IMG/VR virus record: IMGVR_UViG_3300046804_003780
Origin: a virus
DNA length: 64,000 bases
Strand: one strand, 5' to 3'
Shown: piece by piece, positions 19,653-29,265 of the stretch
Layout: each line of letters opens with the position of its first letter
Numbering within the stretch: position 1 is the stretch's first letter
The notes under the pieces: model-generated
What the model saw: the letters and a program-made list of their open reading frames with translations, nothing else
Told to the model about the DNA's origin: nothing
The model's database searches: none
Position numbers and translations under genes: made by a program

Positions 19653-21110
19653 TCACTTATAGTCTAACTTTTCTATACTAAACGGATAGTTAGCCTCACG
19701 ATAAAATTCTTTACGTTTAGTTAGATGCCTTTTCGCAAATTTACAGGAACTTGTTATGTCCCATATTTGGACGAAATCTTTATCTTCAGCCTTTCTGATA
19801 CCTCTACCAATCGATTGTATAACCCGAACGAAGCTTTTTCCAGGTTCAACAAGAACAAGGTTAAAGATACGGGGTATATTAATACCCACAGCAGCAACAC
19901 CGTAAGTCGCAACAGCGACCTTATCATCACTCGTTGCAAAGTCATCATATTCTTCCTTCCTTTCTGTAAGTTTTGTTTCACCTGAGACAAATACACTACC
20001 GGGTAGTCTTTCGACTAATTCTTTTCCTGCATTCACTCTATCAACAAGTACAAGTGTATTACCAGTTTCTTTTACATTTAGTACTAGTTGAGCAATAGTA
20101 TCTAGTCTTTTTTTATCCTCAAGTAAATGCTTTAACTCACTTTGATAATTACTAAATTCTACATGATCCTGTAGTTGAACAATGTTAACGTGACAATTAG
20201 CAAGTACTCCACGATCTTGTAACTCGCTAGCAGCAAGTTTATTAATAACAGGACCAATGCTTACAAACAATGATTGACTGCTAAACAATTCTTTTGGTAT
20301 AGTACCTGTAAGTCCCCAACGTATTGGAACATTGGCAAACAAACCTGTAAGCATTGTTTTGAGTACATCTGCTTTAGCTTGATGCACTTCATCAATGATT
20401 ACACAAATTAAATCTTCCATAAATGTTTGTAATTTTTCTACATTGTTTATGTCATCTTTGTTTTTAATTAGGTAGTTTAGGCTTTGCCAAGTACAGATTG
20501 TATGTGTACGTCCTAATTCTTTTCTATCTCCAAAGTATACGCCCACATCTAACCCAAGATTAATATAATCTGTTTCTGTTTGTACAACAAGACTTTTATT
20601 TGGTACAATAACTATGCTTCTACCATACTGTTCTACACTGTGGCTAAGTGCGGCGGTCATTATTGTTTTACCTGCACCAGTTGCTACTTCTTGTAAGCAT
20701 TGCGGGTTCGATAGGAAACTGTTAATTATTTCAATTTGATAGTCACGCAACAATATTGGTTGACCCTCCATTATATGACCTTTAGGCCATACTTTATTAG
20801 AAAAGGTATCTTCGGACACTTGCGCAAAGTTAAATGAATATGATATTGTACGCAAATCATTTAATTCAATGTCATATCCCATTTTATCAACATAGGGTAT
20901 GATTTGATCAAGTAAATTTATAAAAGTGCTACCACCTAAACTAAAGTAACTTACTTTCCCGTTCCAACGGCCTAATCTAACCGCTGGAAGATATCTAGCT
21001 CCAGGTACCTCATACTCAAACATCTTCATTAGTGACTTACGTTCTACCAACTCAAGTCCTTCTAATTTGCAGTTTACCTCATCTTTTATAATTATTTTAC
21101 ATGGTTTCAT
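19653..21110 (-). CDS. uvsW: SF2 DNA helicase (UvsW-like)
   Basis: LRDYQ, ATGAGKT, DEVH, GLTGT, QSIGRGIR. Confidence 0.9.
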   Translation of the reverse strand: MKPCKIIIKDEVNCKLEGLELVERKSLMKMFEYEVPGARYLPAVRLGRWNGKVSYFSLGGSTFINLLDQIIPYVDKMGYDIELNDLRTISYSFNFAQVSEDTFSNKVWPKGHIMEGQPILLRDYQIEIINSFLSNPQCLQEVATGAGKTIMTAALSHSVEQYGRSIVIVPNKSLVVQTETDYINLGLDVGVYFGDRKELGRTHTICTWQSLNYLIKNKDDINNVEKLQTFMEDLICVIIDEVHQAKADVLKTMLTGLFANVPIRWGLTGTIPKELFSSQSLFVSIGPVINKLAASELQDRGVLANCHVNIVQLQDHVEFSNYQSELKHLLEDKKRLDTIAQLVLNVKETGNTLVLVDRVNAGKELVERLPGSVFVSGETKLTERKEEYDDFATSDDKVAVATYGVAAVGINIPRIFNLVLVEPGKSFVRVIQSIGRGIRKAEDKDFVQIWDITSSCKFAKRHLTKRKEFYREANYPFSIEKLDYK

Positions 21111-22144
21111 TTTAATTCTATAGGGTTAGAGTTTACTAAATTTATAATTTTAGCAGCATGATAACTTGCTGGGCCTGCAAAAGTATATGATGACATTGAC
21201 TTTATAAGCACAGGCATTTTATATTTTTTATTTGTCATAGAAATTCTGTGTTTATTCGTTGTTTCAATGGGAAAATTTACAAATTCAGAAAGAATTTTAT
21301 CGTATTGGTAATTATCTTTTGTTGCGTACATAGTAGATGAATGAAGTGCGTAGTCACAATTTATTCGATTCAATTTTGATGCTAGTCCCTCTACATCAGT
21401 AACCTCATGTAACGAATCCCGATAGATAGCAAAGTTTAAATCTTCCAAGGAATACACTTTTAATAATTCGTGTTTTAAACTTTCACTTACACTAATACCA
21501 AATGAACATATCAAAGCCAGTGTACTTAATTCTGTATTTAATTCTATGTCTTGAATTGCTTTTTCTAATTGTTCATTTAAATTAAAAATGTAAAGCCTGC
21601 CATTGCAACTTGTTAAAGTTGGTTCCCAGCATTTGTTTTCATCAAATGAATAAATTTGCGTAATTATGTCATGCACGGCAGGACAAAATTGAATATCATT
21701 GTAGTGTTTTATAACACATTGAAATGCTATTTTAAGTTTATATAAACCAAATTCTGTATTGTAGTACCTTTCATCTCTATTCCAAACCATTATAGAATGA
21801 TCTCTAAATTCTTGAACAAATGCTTGTTTAAACGGACACCGTAGTATTAATTGATCGCCCTCTATACTAAAGTGTGCGTGAGTAAATTCAGGACTTGTAG
21901 GTATAACTTTAAGTGTCCAAGGCAATTCGGCAAGTTGATTTGCGTCAAGTTTATGCAGTGCTAATTGTTTGTTATATTTCTTAACTACTTTTGTGAATAG
22001 TGCAGCCTGATTACTTGTAATTGGCTTTCTTGTTAAAACATTAAGCAGTTGTAAATTGTAAAAAAACTTTTGGTCATAGCGAGATAGACTACAATGATTT
22101 AACATTAAGTCCAAAACTTCTTCCGCATTCAATAGTTTATACAT
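21107..22144 (-). CDS. Hypothetical protein
   Basis: Likely start MYKLL at 22144; the track's longer start runs through a hairpin. Confidence 0.65.
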   Translation of the reverse strand: MYKLLNAEEVLDLMLNHCSLSRYDQKFFYNLQLLNVLTRKPITSNQAALFTKVVKKYNKQLALHKLDANQLAELPWTLKVIPTSPEFTHAHFSIEGDQLILRCPFKQAFVQEFRDHSIMVWNRDERYYNTEFGLYKLKIAFQCVIKHYNDIQFCPAVHDIITQIYSFDENKCWEPTLTSCNGRLYIFNLNEQLEKAIQDIELNTELSTLALICSFGISVSESLKHELLKVYSLEDLNFAIYRDSLHEVTDVEGLASKLNRINCDYALHSSTMYATKDNYQYDKILSEFVNFPIETTNKHRISMTNKKYKMPVLIKSMSSYTFAGPASYHAAKIINLVNSNPIELK

Positions 22145-22190
22145 ACCAATATTATAACTTAAAGCAAAACTTAATACAATTAAAATGGCT

Positions 22191-22213
22191 AATGGGAGCA
22201 AAATGCTCCCATT
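22191..22213 (-). terminator. Hairpin/putative terminator
   Basis: AATGGGAGCA-AAA-TGCTCCCATT. Confidence 0.55.
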
Positions 22214-22229
22214 GCCTAGTTGAAAAATC

Positions 22230-23261
22230 TTAACTACGTTTCATACATGTAGTGCTTGCAAGTGTTTTCCAGTTCGGGCTGATCTTTACCAAATCAGCAA
22301 TTTTCAAGCACATACGCAGACTAAGTTCATGTAACTTGTTTTTGTTGTCTTGCATAAAACTAAAAATTTCTTCTGCAATACCCTCTTCAAAATTGTAATC
22401 ACGAAACAGACCACCATCACTATCACGGTGCACCTGCTTGATACGCAACATCTTATCACGCTCAGTGTCAATAGTCAAATCAAGAAAGTGACAGCGACTT
22501 TGCAATGCCTCGAGGTGATCTTGCAATTTTTTAGACTTCACATTCTCAAATTTCAAGTTTGTGATGAAGATAGCAGAACCCTCAAAGTTAAACTGATCAG
22601 GGATGCCCTCACGGCGCAGCATAGAACTATCACTGTTCCAACAGATACGGCGACGTTTGCCCGAATCAAGTGCTGCCTTAAGAATGTTTAGTGAGAGTTC
22701 ATCTTGAAATACACTATCGCAGTCATCGAACACCAATACATTTTTCTTGTCAGAGTATTTGTACAATTGTGCGTACAAGCCCAGTGCAGTCATTGCACCT
22801 TTTACAACTTCATAACGAACACGCTTGCCAGCAAGTTTGTCAAACATACTAGCCTTTTCCAGTTGAGTTTCAACTCCGAAACTCTTACCTACACCTGGAG
22901 GACCTGATACAATCATAGCCCGAATATCACTATTAATTGCAGCCTTTGTCATTTCATCAAGAACTGCAAAACGGGTAGCAATGCGATCCATTGCTTCTTC
23001 ATCAGTTTCAGTTTGTTTAACTTCTTTTGCTTTAAATGCTACAGAATTTGTCACGTTAGGTTCTCCATCAATAAATGTAATATCGTTAATAGAATTAATT
23101 TTTACTTTGACAACATCAATTGCAATGTCAAATTGACCATCATTTTTTACAGTAATATAGTTACCTTTTTTACCTGTCTGAAAATCTTTGACAAGTGTAA
23201 ATTCTTGATTGATCACAGGCTTGTTGCGATATTCGCCGAATTTGACAAGTACTGTAGTCAT
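22230..23261 (-). CDS. AAA+ ATPase
   Basis: GPPGVGKS, VLVFDDCD, FITN, ALQSRC. Confidence 0.85.
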   Translation of the reverse strand: MTTVLVKFGEYRNKPVINQEFTLVKDFQTGKKGNYITVKNDGQFDIAIDVVKVKINSINDITFIDGEPNVTNSVAFKAKEVKQTETDEEAMDRIATRFAVLDEMTKAAINSDIRAMIVSGPPGVGKSFGVETQLEKASMFDKLAGKRVRYEVVKGAMTALGLYAQLYKYSDKKNVLVFDDCDSVFQDELSLNILKAALDSGKRRRICWNSDSSMLRREGIPDQFNFEGSAIFITNLKFENVKSKKLQDHLEALQSRCHFLDLTIDTERDKMLRIKQVHRDSDGGLFRDYNFEEGIAEEIFSFMQDNKNKLHELSLRMCLKIADLVKISPNWKTLASTTCMKRS

Positions 23262-23291
23262 ATAAGCTCCTAATTATCAATTTATGTGATG

Positions 23292-23320
23292 ATTATACAG
23301 AATAACAGATTATTTGTCAA
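23292..23320 (-). promoter_or_regulatory. Sigma70-type early promoter
   Basis: TTGACA-17 nt-TATAAT. Confidence 0.85.
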
Positions 23321-23606
23321 GTGTTGCAATTGCTCTAATGTAAGTATTTCCACCTGAACGGTGATAAAAATTTGTTTCGCTTGTTGTCAATTTAACAGGA
23401 CTATCATATCCTAAATCTTGATAGATTTGTTTAAGTGTTGCTAAAATTGCAACAGCTTTTAAATCGGATATCATAAATGAAACACTACGACGATTCTTGT
23501 CAAATTTAGAAGTCTTGTCAGTCCAGCAACCTGAATATCTTGCATTATTGACATCTAGTGCAATTTTGATAAGTTTTCTTGCTGTTTTTGTATTGGGGGT
23601 ATTCAT
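23310..23606 (-). CDS. Hypothetical early protein
   Basis: AAGGAG SD before MNTPNT at 23606. Confidence 0.65.
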   Translation of the reverse strand: MNTPNTKTARKLIKIALDVNNARYSGCWTDKTSKFDKNRRSVSFMISDLKAVAILATLKQIYQDLGYDSPVKLTTSETNFYHRSGGNTYIRAIATLDK

Positions 23607-23636
23607 ATGTAGCTCCTTGTTATTCACTATAACCAT

Positions 23637-23665
23637 AGTATATACCCAAAAACATTTATTGTCAA
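23637..23665 (-). promoter_or_regulatory. Sigma70-type early promoter
   Basis: TTGACAATAAAT...TATACT, 17-nt spacer. Confidence 0.8.
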
Positions 23666-24324
23666 TGTTTCAAAAATAGCAATCTAGGGTTGCAAATTTT
23701 ACAATAATTTAAATCATCTTTTGTTACACTGAGAAATTTACCACTTAGTGTAACAGTACCAAATTCACAAATAGAATTGAACAACTCCAATAAATCGTTT
23801 TCTTTATAAATTTGGATGTTGTATAAGTTTCTGTTTTCATCATGAAACCAAAAAGTATATGAGGCTGTTGACTTTGCACTTCTATACAGTTTAGTTAAGA
23901 AGTTTAATTTTTTAACTCCAATACTTGTTTCGACTTTTTCATTATTGGAATCTAGCCGCAGTTTGTCTATTTCCAAATCATAGAAATAAAACTCAGGCAA
24001 TTTATAAATCATACCCATATAATTTTCTGGATAGGTGTCTGTGTAGCCTTTGCTTATATAATCTGACAAATCCTGCCTAAACTTACTTAATGGTTTTCCC
24101 TTTAATGATCTTACCATTAATTTTTTACTGTAATACTCACGAATAAGATTAGCCAAATCATAGTCTGCTTGGATAACAGCAGATCCAGTACCGAACTCTC
24201 TAGCTTTATAGTTGGAACAACTGATAGCAAGGCTATCTACAGGATCCCTACGCATGGTATTTTTTTCATTAAACTCAATTTCTTTAAAAATATCGTCTAA
24301 AGATGATATAGTGTATCCACTCAT
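23662..24324 (-). CDS. Hypothetical protein
   Basis: ORF track. Confidence 0.6.
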   Translation of the reverse strand: MSGYTISSLDDIFKEIEFNEKNTMRRDPVDSLAISCSNYKAREFGTGSAVIQADYDLANLIREYYSKKLMVRSLKGKPLSKFRQDLSDYISKGYTDTYPENYMGMIYKLPEFYFYDLEIDKLRLDSNNEKVETSIGVKKLNFLTKLYRSAKSTASYTFWFHDENRNLYNIQIYKENDLLELFNSICEFGTVTLSGKFLSVTKDDLNYCKICNPRLLFLKH

Positions 24325-24776
24325 AATGATATATCTTCCATTCCAGCAGTGCGTAGTTTAACAACATGTCCCATTTGCCATTGTTTAGCATCAAGACCCT
24401 TTAATATTCCTAACCAGCGGTTGCGCAGTAATGCAACTTCATTTATGATTGTTTCAAAATCAATTACTTCTTCTTCTCCATCAACATACTTTTCAGCATC
24501 GCGGCTTGTTAGTACTCTATTGTATGATTCTAAATATTTTTGAAAATGTTTACGACGAATTTTGCGTAATTGGATATTTAAATAATTTAACACAGCCTCA
24601 ATCTCTTGAAGCTGGTTAAATCGTTGCTCAGTAATACCAGGCAATGCTGCAATGTTTTTTTCTAAGTTACCAAAAATTCTAACATCATTTTTAGCCTTAA
24701 GTAATTCATCTTCATAATGCAATATAAAGTCTGGTATTACAGATAAATCAGTTGAAATTTTGGTATACCAAGTCAT
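24321..24776 (-). CDS. uvsY: Recombination mediator (UvsY-like)
   Basis: Helical; DAEKYVDGE, KGLDAKQWQ, KLRTAG; next to uvsX. Confidence 0.7.
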   Translation of the reverse strand: MTWYTKISTDLSVIPDFILHYEDELLKAKNDVRIFGNLEKNIAALPGITEQRFNQLQEIEAVLNYLNIQLRKIRRKHFQKYLESYNRVLTSRDAEKYVDGEEEVIDFETIINEVALLRNRWLGILKGLDAKQWQMGHVVKLRTAGMEDISL

Positions 24777-24787
24777 AATGTTCCTAT

Positions 24788-25045
24788 TTAATAACGTTCG
24801 TAATCGTCATCGTAATCATCATACTCATCCTCATCATCGTCATGCAGTGTTTGATCATCGTAAAATAAAAGTGCTTTAGCAATATCTTTATCGCCTCTAA
24901 ACTCTGTTTTAATATCTGTTGCCTCGTAATTATTTTCCATTAAATAGTTTACAAGTGTTTCGGCTGCTTCTTTACGTTCGTTTAAATCTATATGCAATCG
25001 TAATGCTTCCCAAACTTCTGCAATGGTATCTAATTGACTTGTCAT
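24788..25045 (-). CDS. Small protein with acidic tail
   Basis: ORF track; DDDEDEYDDYDDD tail. Confidence 0.65.
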   Translation of the reverse strand: MTSQLDTIAEVWEALRLHIDLNERKEAAETLVNYLMENNYEATDIKTEFRGDKDIAKALLFYDDQTLHDDDEDEYDDYDDDYERY

Positions 25046-26109
25046 GTTGCTTCCTCCTCAATATCAGCAACAGTACTTAGCTTATTTGTTTGTTTTTTGC
25101 TAAACTCTACCATTACTTTATCGAGGCATCCGTTTTCATTCGTTTCCCAACCTTTACGGAAAAACTTTAATACTTCGCCATCATTTGTTGTATAAGCAAG
25201 ACGATTACCTTCTTTATTAAGTAATCCTACCTTTTCAAACAAATCAAGTAATCCACTGTATGGATTCATACCTGTTGAATATGGAATCTTTACTTGTACG
25301 CTTTCAAATGGTTTTGCATAGCGAGTTTTCATTACCTTACATGCGCTGCGGATACCTAATACATCAGTGACCTTATTACCATCTTCATCTTCTTTTAATT
25401 TCAATTTACGCATTGCAACAACAATCGAGCTTGCATAGATAAAGCCTTGACCACCTGAAATTTTATCATCTGGATCGAACATATCCTGACTTGCATATGT
25501 ATGATTAGTTGCAACTAAACCAACATTATGACTACCGAACATGTTTACACAATTTCTTACTAAAGCAGTCAGTGCTTTAGGCTTACGTCCCATATCGCCT
25601 TTCATGTCGCCTGCATCAAACTGATTTACATCAGTAGGGGTTAACAACATACCAAGACTGTCTATAACAAACATCACCTTTGGTCTATCTTCCATTGGTT
25701 GTGTTTTATAATCAGCCATAAATTTACTGATAGTTTTTGCCACATCATCAATCATGGCCATATTTAATTTTAACAATTTATCTTCGCTTGTGTCAACACC
25801 TAAGGCTCTTAACCAATCTTCGTCGAGAGCATTTTCCGAATCAACAAGTACCACAAAGATACCTTGTTGCTGAGCATGGCGTACCAAGTTGCCAGAACAG
25901 ATGTAACTCTTTCCGGAACCAGATTCGCCAGCAAATACAGTGACTTTGCCAAGAGGAACGCCTTTGCTAAAATCACCGCTAATAAGATAATTGAGTGCAT
26001 AATTTCCTGTACTAACCCAGTCAGTTGGGTCATTAAATCCTATACTAAGCCCATCAATAGACTTAGTAATTTCTTTTCTAAATTTACTTACATCAAATGG
26101 TTTAACCAA
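25042..26109 (-). CDS. uvsX: RecA-like recombinase (UvsX)
   Basis: AGESGSGKS, DSENA, VIDSLG, TNHTY, SGGQG; TTG start with AGGAG SD. Confidence 0.95.
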   Translation of the reverse strand: MVKPFDVSKFRKEITKSIDGLSIGFNDPTDWVSTGNYALNYLISGDFSKGVPLGKVTVFAGESGSGKSYICSGNLVRHAQQQGIFVVLVDSENALDEDWLRALGVDTSEDKLLKLNMAMIDDVAKTISKFMADYKTQPMEDRPKVMFVIDSLGMLLTPTDVNQFDAGDMKGDMGRKPKALTALVRNCVNMFGSHNVGLVATNHTYASQDMFDPDDKISGGQGFIYASSIVVAMRKLKLKEDEDGNKVTDVLGIRSACKVMKTRYAKPFESVQVKIPYSTGMNPYSGLLDLFEKVGLLNKEGNRLAYTTNDGEVLKFFRKGWETNENGCLDKVMVEFSKKQTNKLSTVADIEEEAT

Positions 26110-26121
26110 AATAGTCTCCTA

Positions 26122-26346
26122 TCATTTTGTCATACGATACACGCCATTAGTCTTTTTGTCAATAATTTCAGGGCAACGTTCAGCCATTAAATCAATATCC
26201 CAATCATTAGGAAAATGTCTTAATGCTGCTCTTGCTCTATCTCTAACAATGCTAGGAACTCTGGGCGTTTTACCAGGATCACAAAGTTCCTCAAGCAATT
26301 TTTTTCCTTGCTTCATGGCTAGGTATCTTTCATCAGGTAGTGTCAT
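26122..26346 (-). CDS. Hypothetical protein
   Basis: SD TAAGGAG before MTLPDER; TPRVP..VR..A...LRHFP motif. Confidence 0.7.
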   Translation of the reverse strand: MTLPDERYLAMKQGKKLLEELCDPGKTPRVPSIVRDRARAALRHFPNDWDIDLMAERCPEIIDKKTNGVYRMTK

Positions 26347-26360
26347 AATTATTCTCCTTA

Positions 26361-26386
26361 GGTAGGGAACGGTAGTGTTCCCTACC
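26361..26386 (-). terminator. Hairpin downstream of the SSB gene
   Basis: GGTAGGGAAC-GGTAGT-GTTCCCTACC. Confidence 0.6.
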
Positions 26387-26397
26387 AATACCTTTAT

Positions 26398-27390
26398 TTA
26401 GGCAGTTTTACTTTGCCTTGCACGAATCATTGCTAGAATGTCCTGTGCTTTGTCGCTTGTTGGTGCTGTTGGAACTTTGACAGGTTGTGAAGCTGTTTCT
26501 GGCTCGTCATCCCAAGGTGCTGATTCTGCTATGGGTGCGGTTGTGGCAGCAGTAGCTTGAACTGCTGTTCCCTGTTCTTCCACCTTTGCACCTGCTGGTA
26601 TATCAACTCCGTAAGGGCGATAATATGCACCCCAACGATCTGGATCATATGGACGACCATCTACACTTGCTTCAAACATTTCTTTAATGATGCGTAATTC
26701 TGCTTCGCTAGGTTTCTTAGGAAGAAAATCTGCAAGATTAAAAAGACCATGTGCTTCAATGGCTGCTTGTTCTTGTTCGGTTAGTGCTGATTCTCTGCGA
26801 CTCCATGTGCTTGTGCTATAATCAGCATACCCACCTTTACTTGTTTTAGTAACACGGAAATCTAAACCACGTACATAGTCTGTAGGTAGTTCTAAAATTT
26901 CTGGATCCATCAAACTTGATTTGATAATCGTAAAAATTTGTGGGCTGATAATAAATCTGCGAATTGGGTTAGCAGGAGTTTTATCGTCACCTATTGGATT
27001 TTGACGTACAAAACCTTGAAAGATGTAACTGCGTTTCTTCCAATATTTGTTAGCCATTTCTTTTAAACTTTCATCTTTGTACCAAGGACGAACCTCTGCT
27101 AGTACAGGACAACTGTCTCCATACATTTCTACACATGGAACTTGTACTTGTACTTGTTTAACAGCACTGTCACCCTTAACACCATTAAATGGAAGTTTAA
27201 TAATTTGACGTTCTACCCAAAAAAATGTATTAGATGAATTACCGTCTGGTAAAAAGCGCAATGTTGCACTCGTACCTTCATCCATATTCCAGTGGGGATA
27301 GATTGCGTTATCTGATTGAGTATTTGAAGTACTACTTGATTTGTTTTCTTGCGCAGCGATACGTGCGCGGATTTCTGCTAGACTTGCCAT
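26398..27390 (-). CDS. Single-stranded DNA-binding protein (T4 gp32-like)
   Basis: LRFLPDG, CVEMYGDSCPV, YWKKRSY, GYADYSTS. Confidence 0.85.
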   Translation of the reverse strand: MASLAEIRARIAAQENKSSSTSNTQSDNAIYPHWNMDEGTSATLRFLPDGNSSNTFFWVERQIIKLPFNGVKGDSAVKQVQVQVPCVEMYGDSCPVLAEVRPWYKDESLKEMANKYWKKRSYIFQGFVRQNPIGDDKTPANPIRRFIISPQIFTIIKSSLMDPEILELPTDYVRGLDFRVTKTSKGGYADYSTSTWSRRESALTEQEQAAIEAHGLFNLADFLPKKPSEAELRIIKEMFEASVDGRPYDPDRWGAYYRPYGVDIPAGAKVEEQGTAVQATAATTAPIAESAPWDDEPETASQPVKVPTAPTSDKAQDILAMIRARQSKTA

Positions 27391-27523
27391 AATGTTTTCC
27401 TTTGCCTTAAGATGGTCTTTATTTGAGTATTCGCCACTCCCTATGAGTGACTGATAACATGATTATACATTAATATAATCATGTTAACAATAGTATTTAT
27501 CCCAGTTACGGGAAAATAATTTT

Positions 27524-29236
27524 TTAATTTATTCCAGAAAGTTTCTTAATTCTAGCTAGCAATGGATCTACACTTTCAAATCCAACTGCGTAACCCTTAA
27601 AGGGATGTTGTTTTGGTTCTTTACCAAGTACTGGGCTGATGCCTTTTGCCTTTTTCGTTGGTCCTAATTGTTTTGCTTTTGTTTGTTGTTTGTTTAATGA
27701 TTCATCAACATTTTGGTCTATACCAGCTTCGATTTCCTCTAAGTAGGCGTCAAGTATTTGTTGAACATCTTGCAAATCTATATTAACCGCTTTTGCAATT
27801 TCAGGATCACGATATCCTTTAATTGCAAGTTCAACTATTTTACCAATTAATTCTTCATCTAATTCTCTATCATTTTCCATTACAGGGGCTGCAGGTTGTT
27901 GAGGCATTTGTGGCGCAGGTTGAGGAGCAGGCGCTGGCGGGACTTGGGCTGCCGGTGATGGTACCTGTATATCACCTTTCATAATACTTTTAATTTCATT
28001 GGCTAAATCATGCAAGTCATGGTCGTCTGTGCGTTGCGCCCAACTTAAAATAACCTCACGTGCATCTGCATCCACATCAGTTGATGCTAATTCATCTAGT
28101 TCACCAAATAAATCTTCATTTTCTAGGTTATATTTTGATAAAATATTTTTTGCATTTATTGCATCGTCACCAACTGGTATTTCTTCCGTAAACTGTGCTG
28201 CTAAATCTTTTATTTGTAAATTATTATGTGGCTTAAGTTTTTCATTAATTATATTGTTCGTCCATTCTTCTAATTCGGTAACCTCATCAATTTTACCTGA
28301 CACTTTATGAATGCGTACTAATACCGGCATCGCTCTTTCAATACGTGGATCTATACTAGAACTCATAAACATTTCTGCAAGATCAGGTTGACCGATTCCC
28401 ATATCTTCATTAAGTGTAGGAGTCCAATTTTCAAAGTAGGTATTATACCCACGTTTACCTGCTAATTTTTGTAATGACTCACGCAACTTAAGATAATGTT
28501 CTACCCCTTCATTTACTAATACTTGCGTACTTTCGTTAAACTGTCCGTTACGTGTGGCGCGTACAAATCCTGCCATACTAGTATATTCTTCAACTAAATT
28601 GTGAATATGATTCCAACGGTCATCATTTACTTTTCCACCTTCTGCAATATGTCTTGCATAGATTCTTGCTATTCCTGGTTTTTTAGTATCTAACAGAAAT
28701 CTTTCTCCGTTAACGTTTTCTAAATAAATTTTTTCAACGTTTCTAAAACGCTGCATTCCCTCTTCCATATTCTTACTGTGTTGAATTTTTATCTTTACGT
28801 TTGGTACACTATCATTTAAACTTATTCGTCTTCCTAATGGATGATATCCTTCACTGATATTTTTACTATCTTCTCTCTTAGCCATTTCATCCTCTAAATT
28901 TCCAATATCATCACGCTCATATCCAAGTTGGTGATCATGTGCCCAATTTTTAATATAATTTGAAACTTCATTGAAAGACATTCCATCTTTATCTTTGCTA
29001 TGATTAGGGCTATTCAATACCTCATCCTCAGGCCAAACCACTACGTTTTTGCCTATAACTGCGGTATACACTTGTCCATAGTCTACGTCATCCATTTTGA
29101 AATCAAACTTAAAAACATCAGTCATCTTACTTAAAGGAACTGGTTTACCTGCGGAGTTTAATCTAATTGGCCTAAATCCTTGGGTTTTTAAAAAGTTATA
29201 AAGTTGATCTTGTAATGATTCTTCTTTAATTGGCAT
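27524..29236 (-). CDS. Large acidic late protein (probable head core/internal)
   Basis: TAAATA upstream; Pro/Gln linker; ends LARIKKLSGIN. Confidence 0.5.
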   Translation of the reverse strand: MPIKEESLQDQLYNFLKTQGFRPIRLNSAGKPVPLSKMTDVFKFDFKMDDVDYGQVYTAVIGKNVVVWPEDEVLNSPNHSKDKDGMSFNEVSNYIKNWAHDHQLGYERDDIGNLEDEMAKREDSKNISEGYHPLGRRISLNDSVPNVKIKIQHSKNMEEGMQRFRNVEKIYLENVNGERFLLDTKKPGIARIYARHIAEGGKVNDDRWNHIHNLVEEYTSMAGFVRATRNGQFNESTQVLVNEGVEHYLKLRESLQKLAGKRGYNTYFENWTPTLNEDMGIGQPDLAEMFMSSSIDPRIERAMPVLVRIHKVSGKIDEVTELEEWTNNIINEKLKPHNNLQIKDLAAQFTEEIPVGDDAINAKNILSKYNLENEDLFGELDELASTDVDADAREVILSWAQRTDDHDLHDLANEIKSIMKGDIQVPSPAAQVPPAPAPQPAPQMPQQPAAPVMENDRELDEELIGKIVELAIKGYRDPEIAKAVNIDLQDVQQILDAYLEEIEAGIDQNVDESLNKQQTKAKQLGPTKKAKGISPVLGKEPKQHPFKGYAVGFESVDPLLARIKKLSGIN

Positions 29237-29265
29237 GTTGGAATTCTCTCAATAAACAGTATTTA

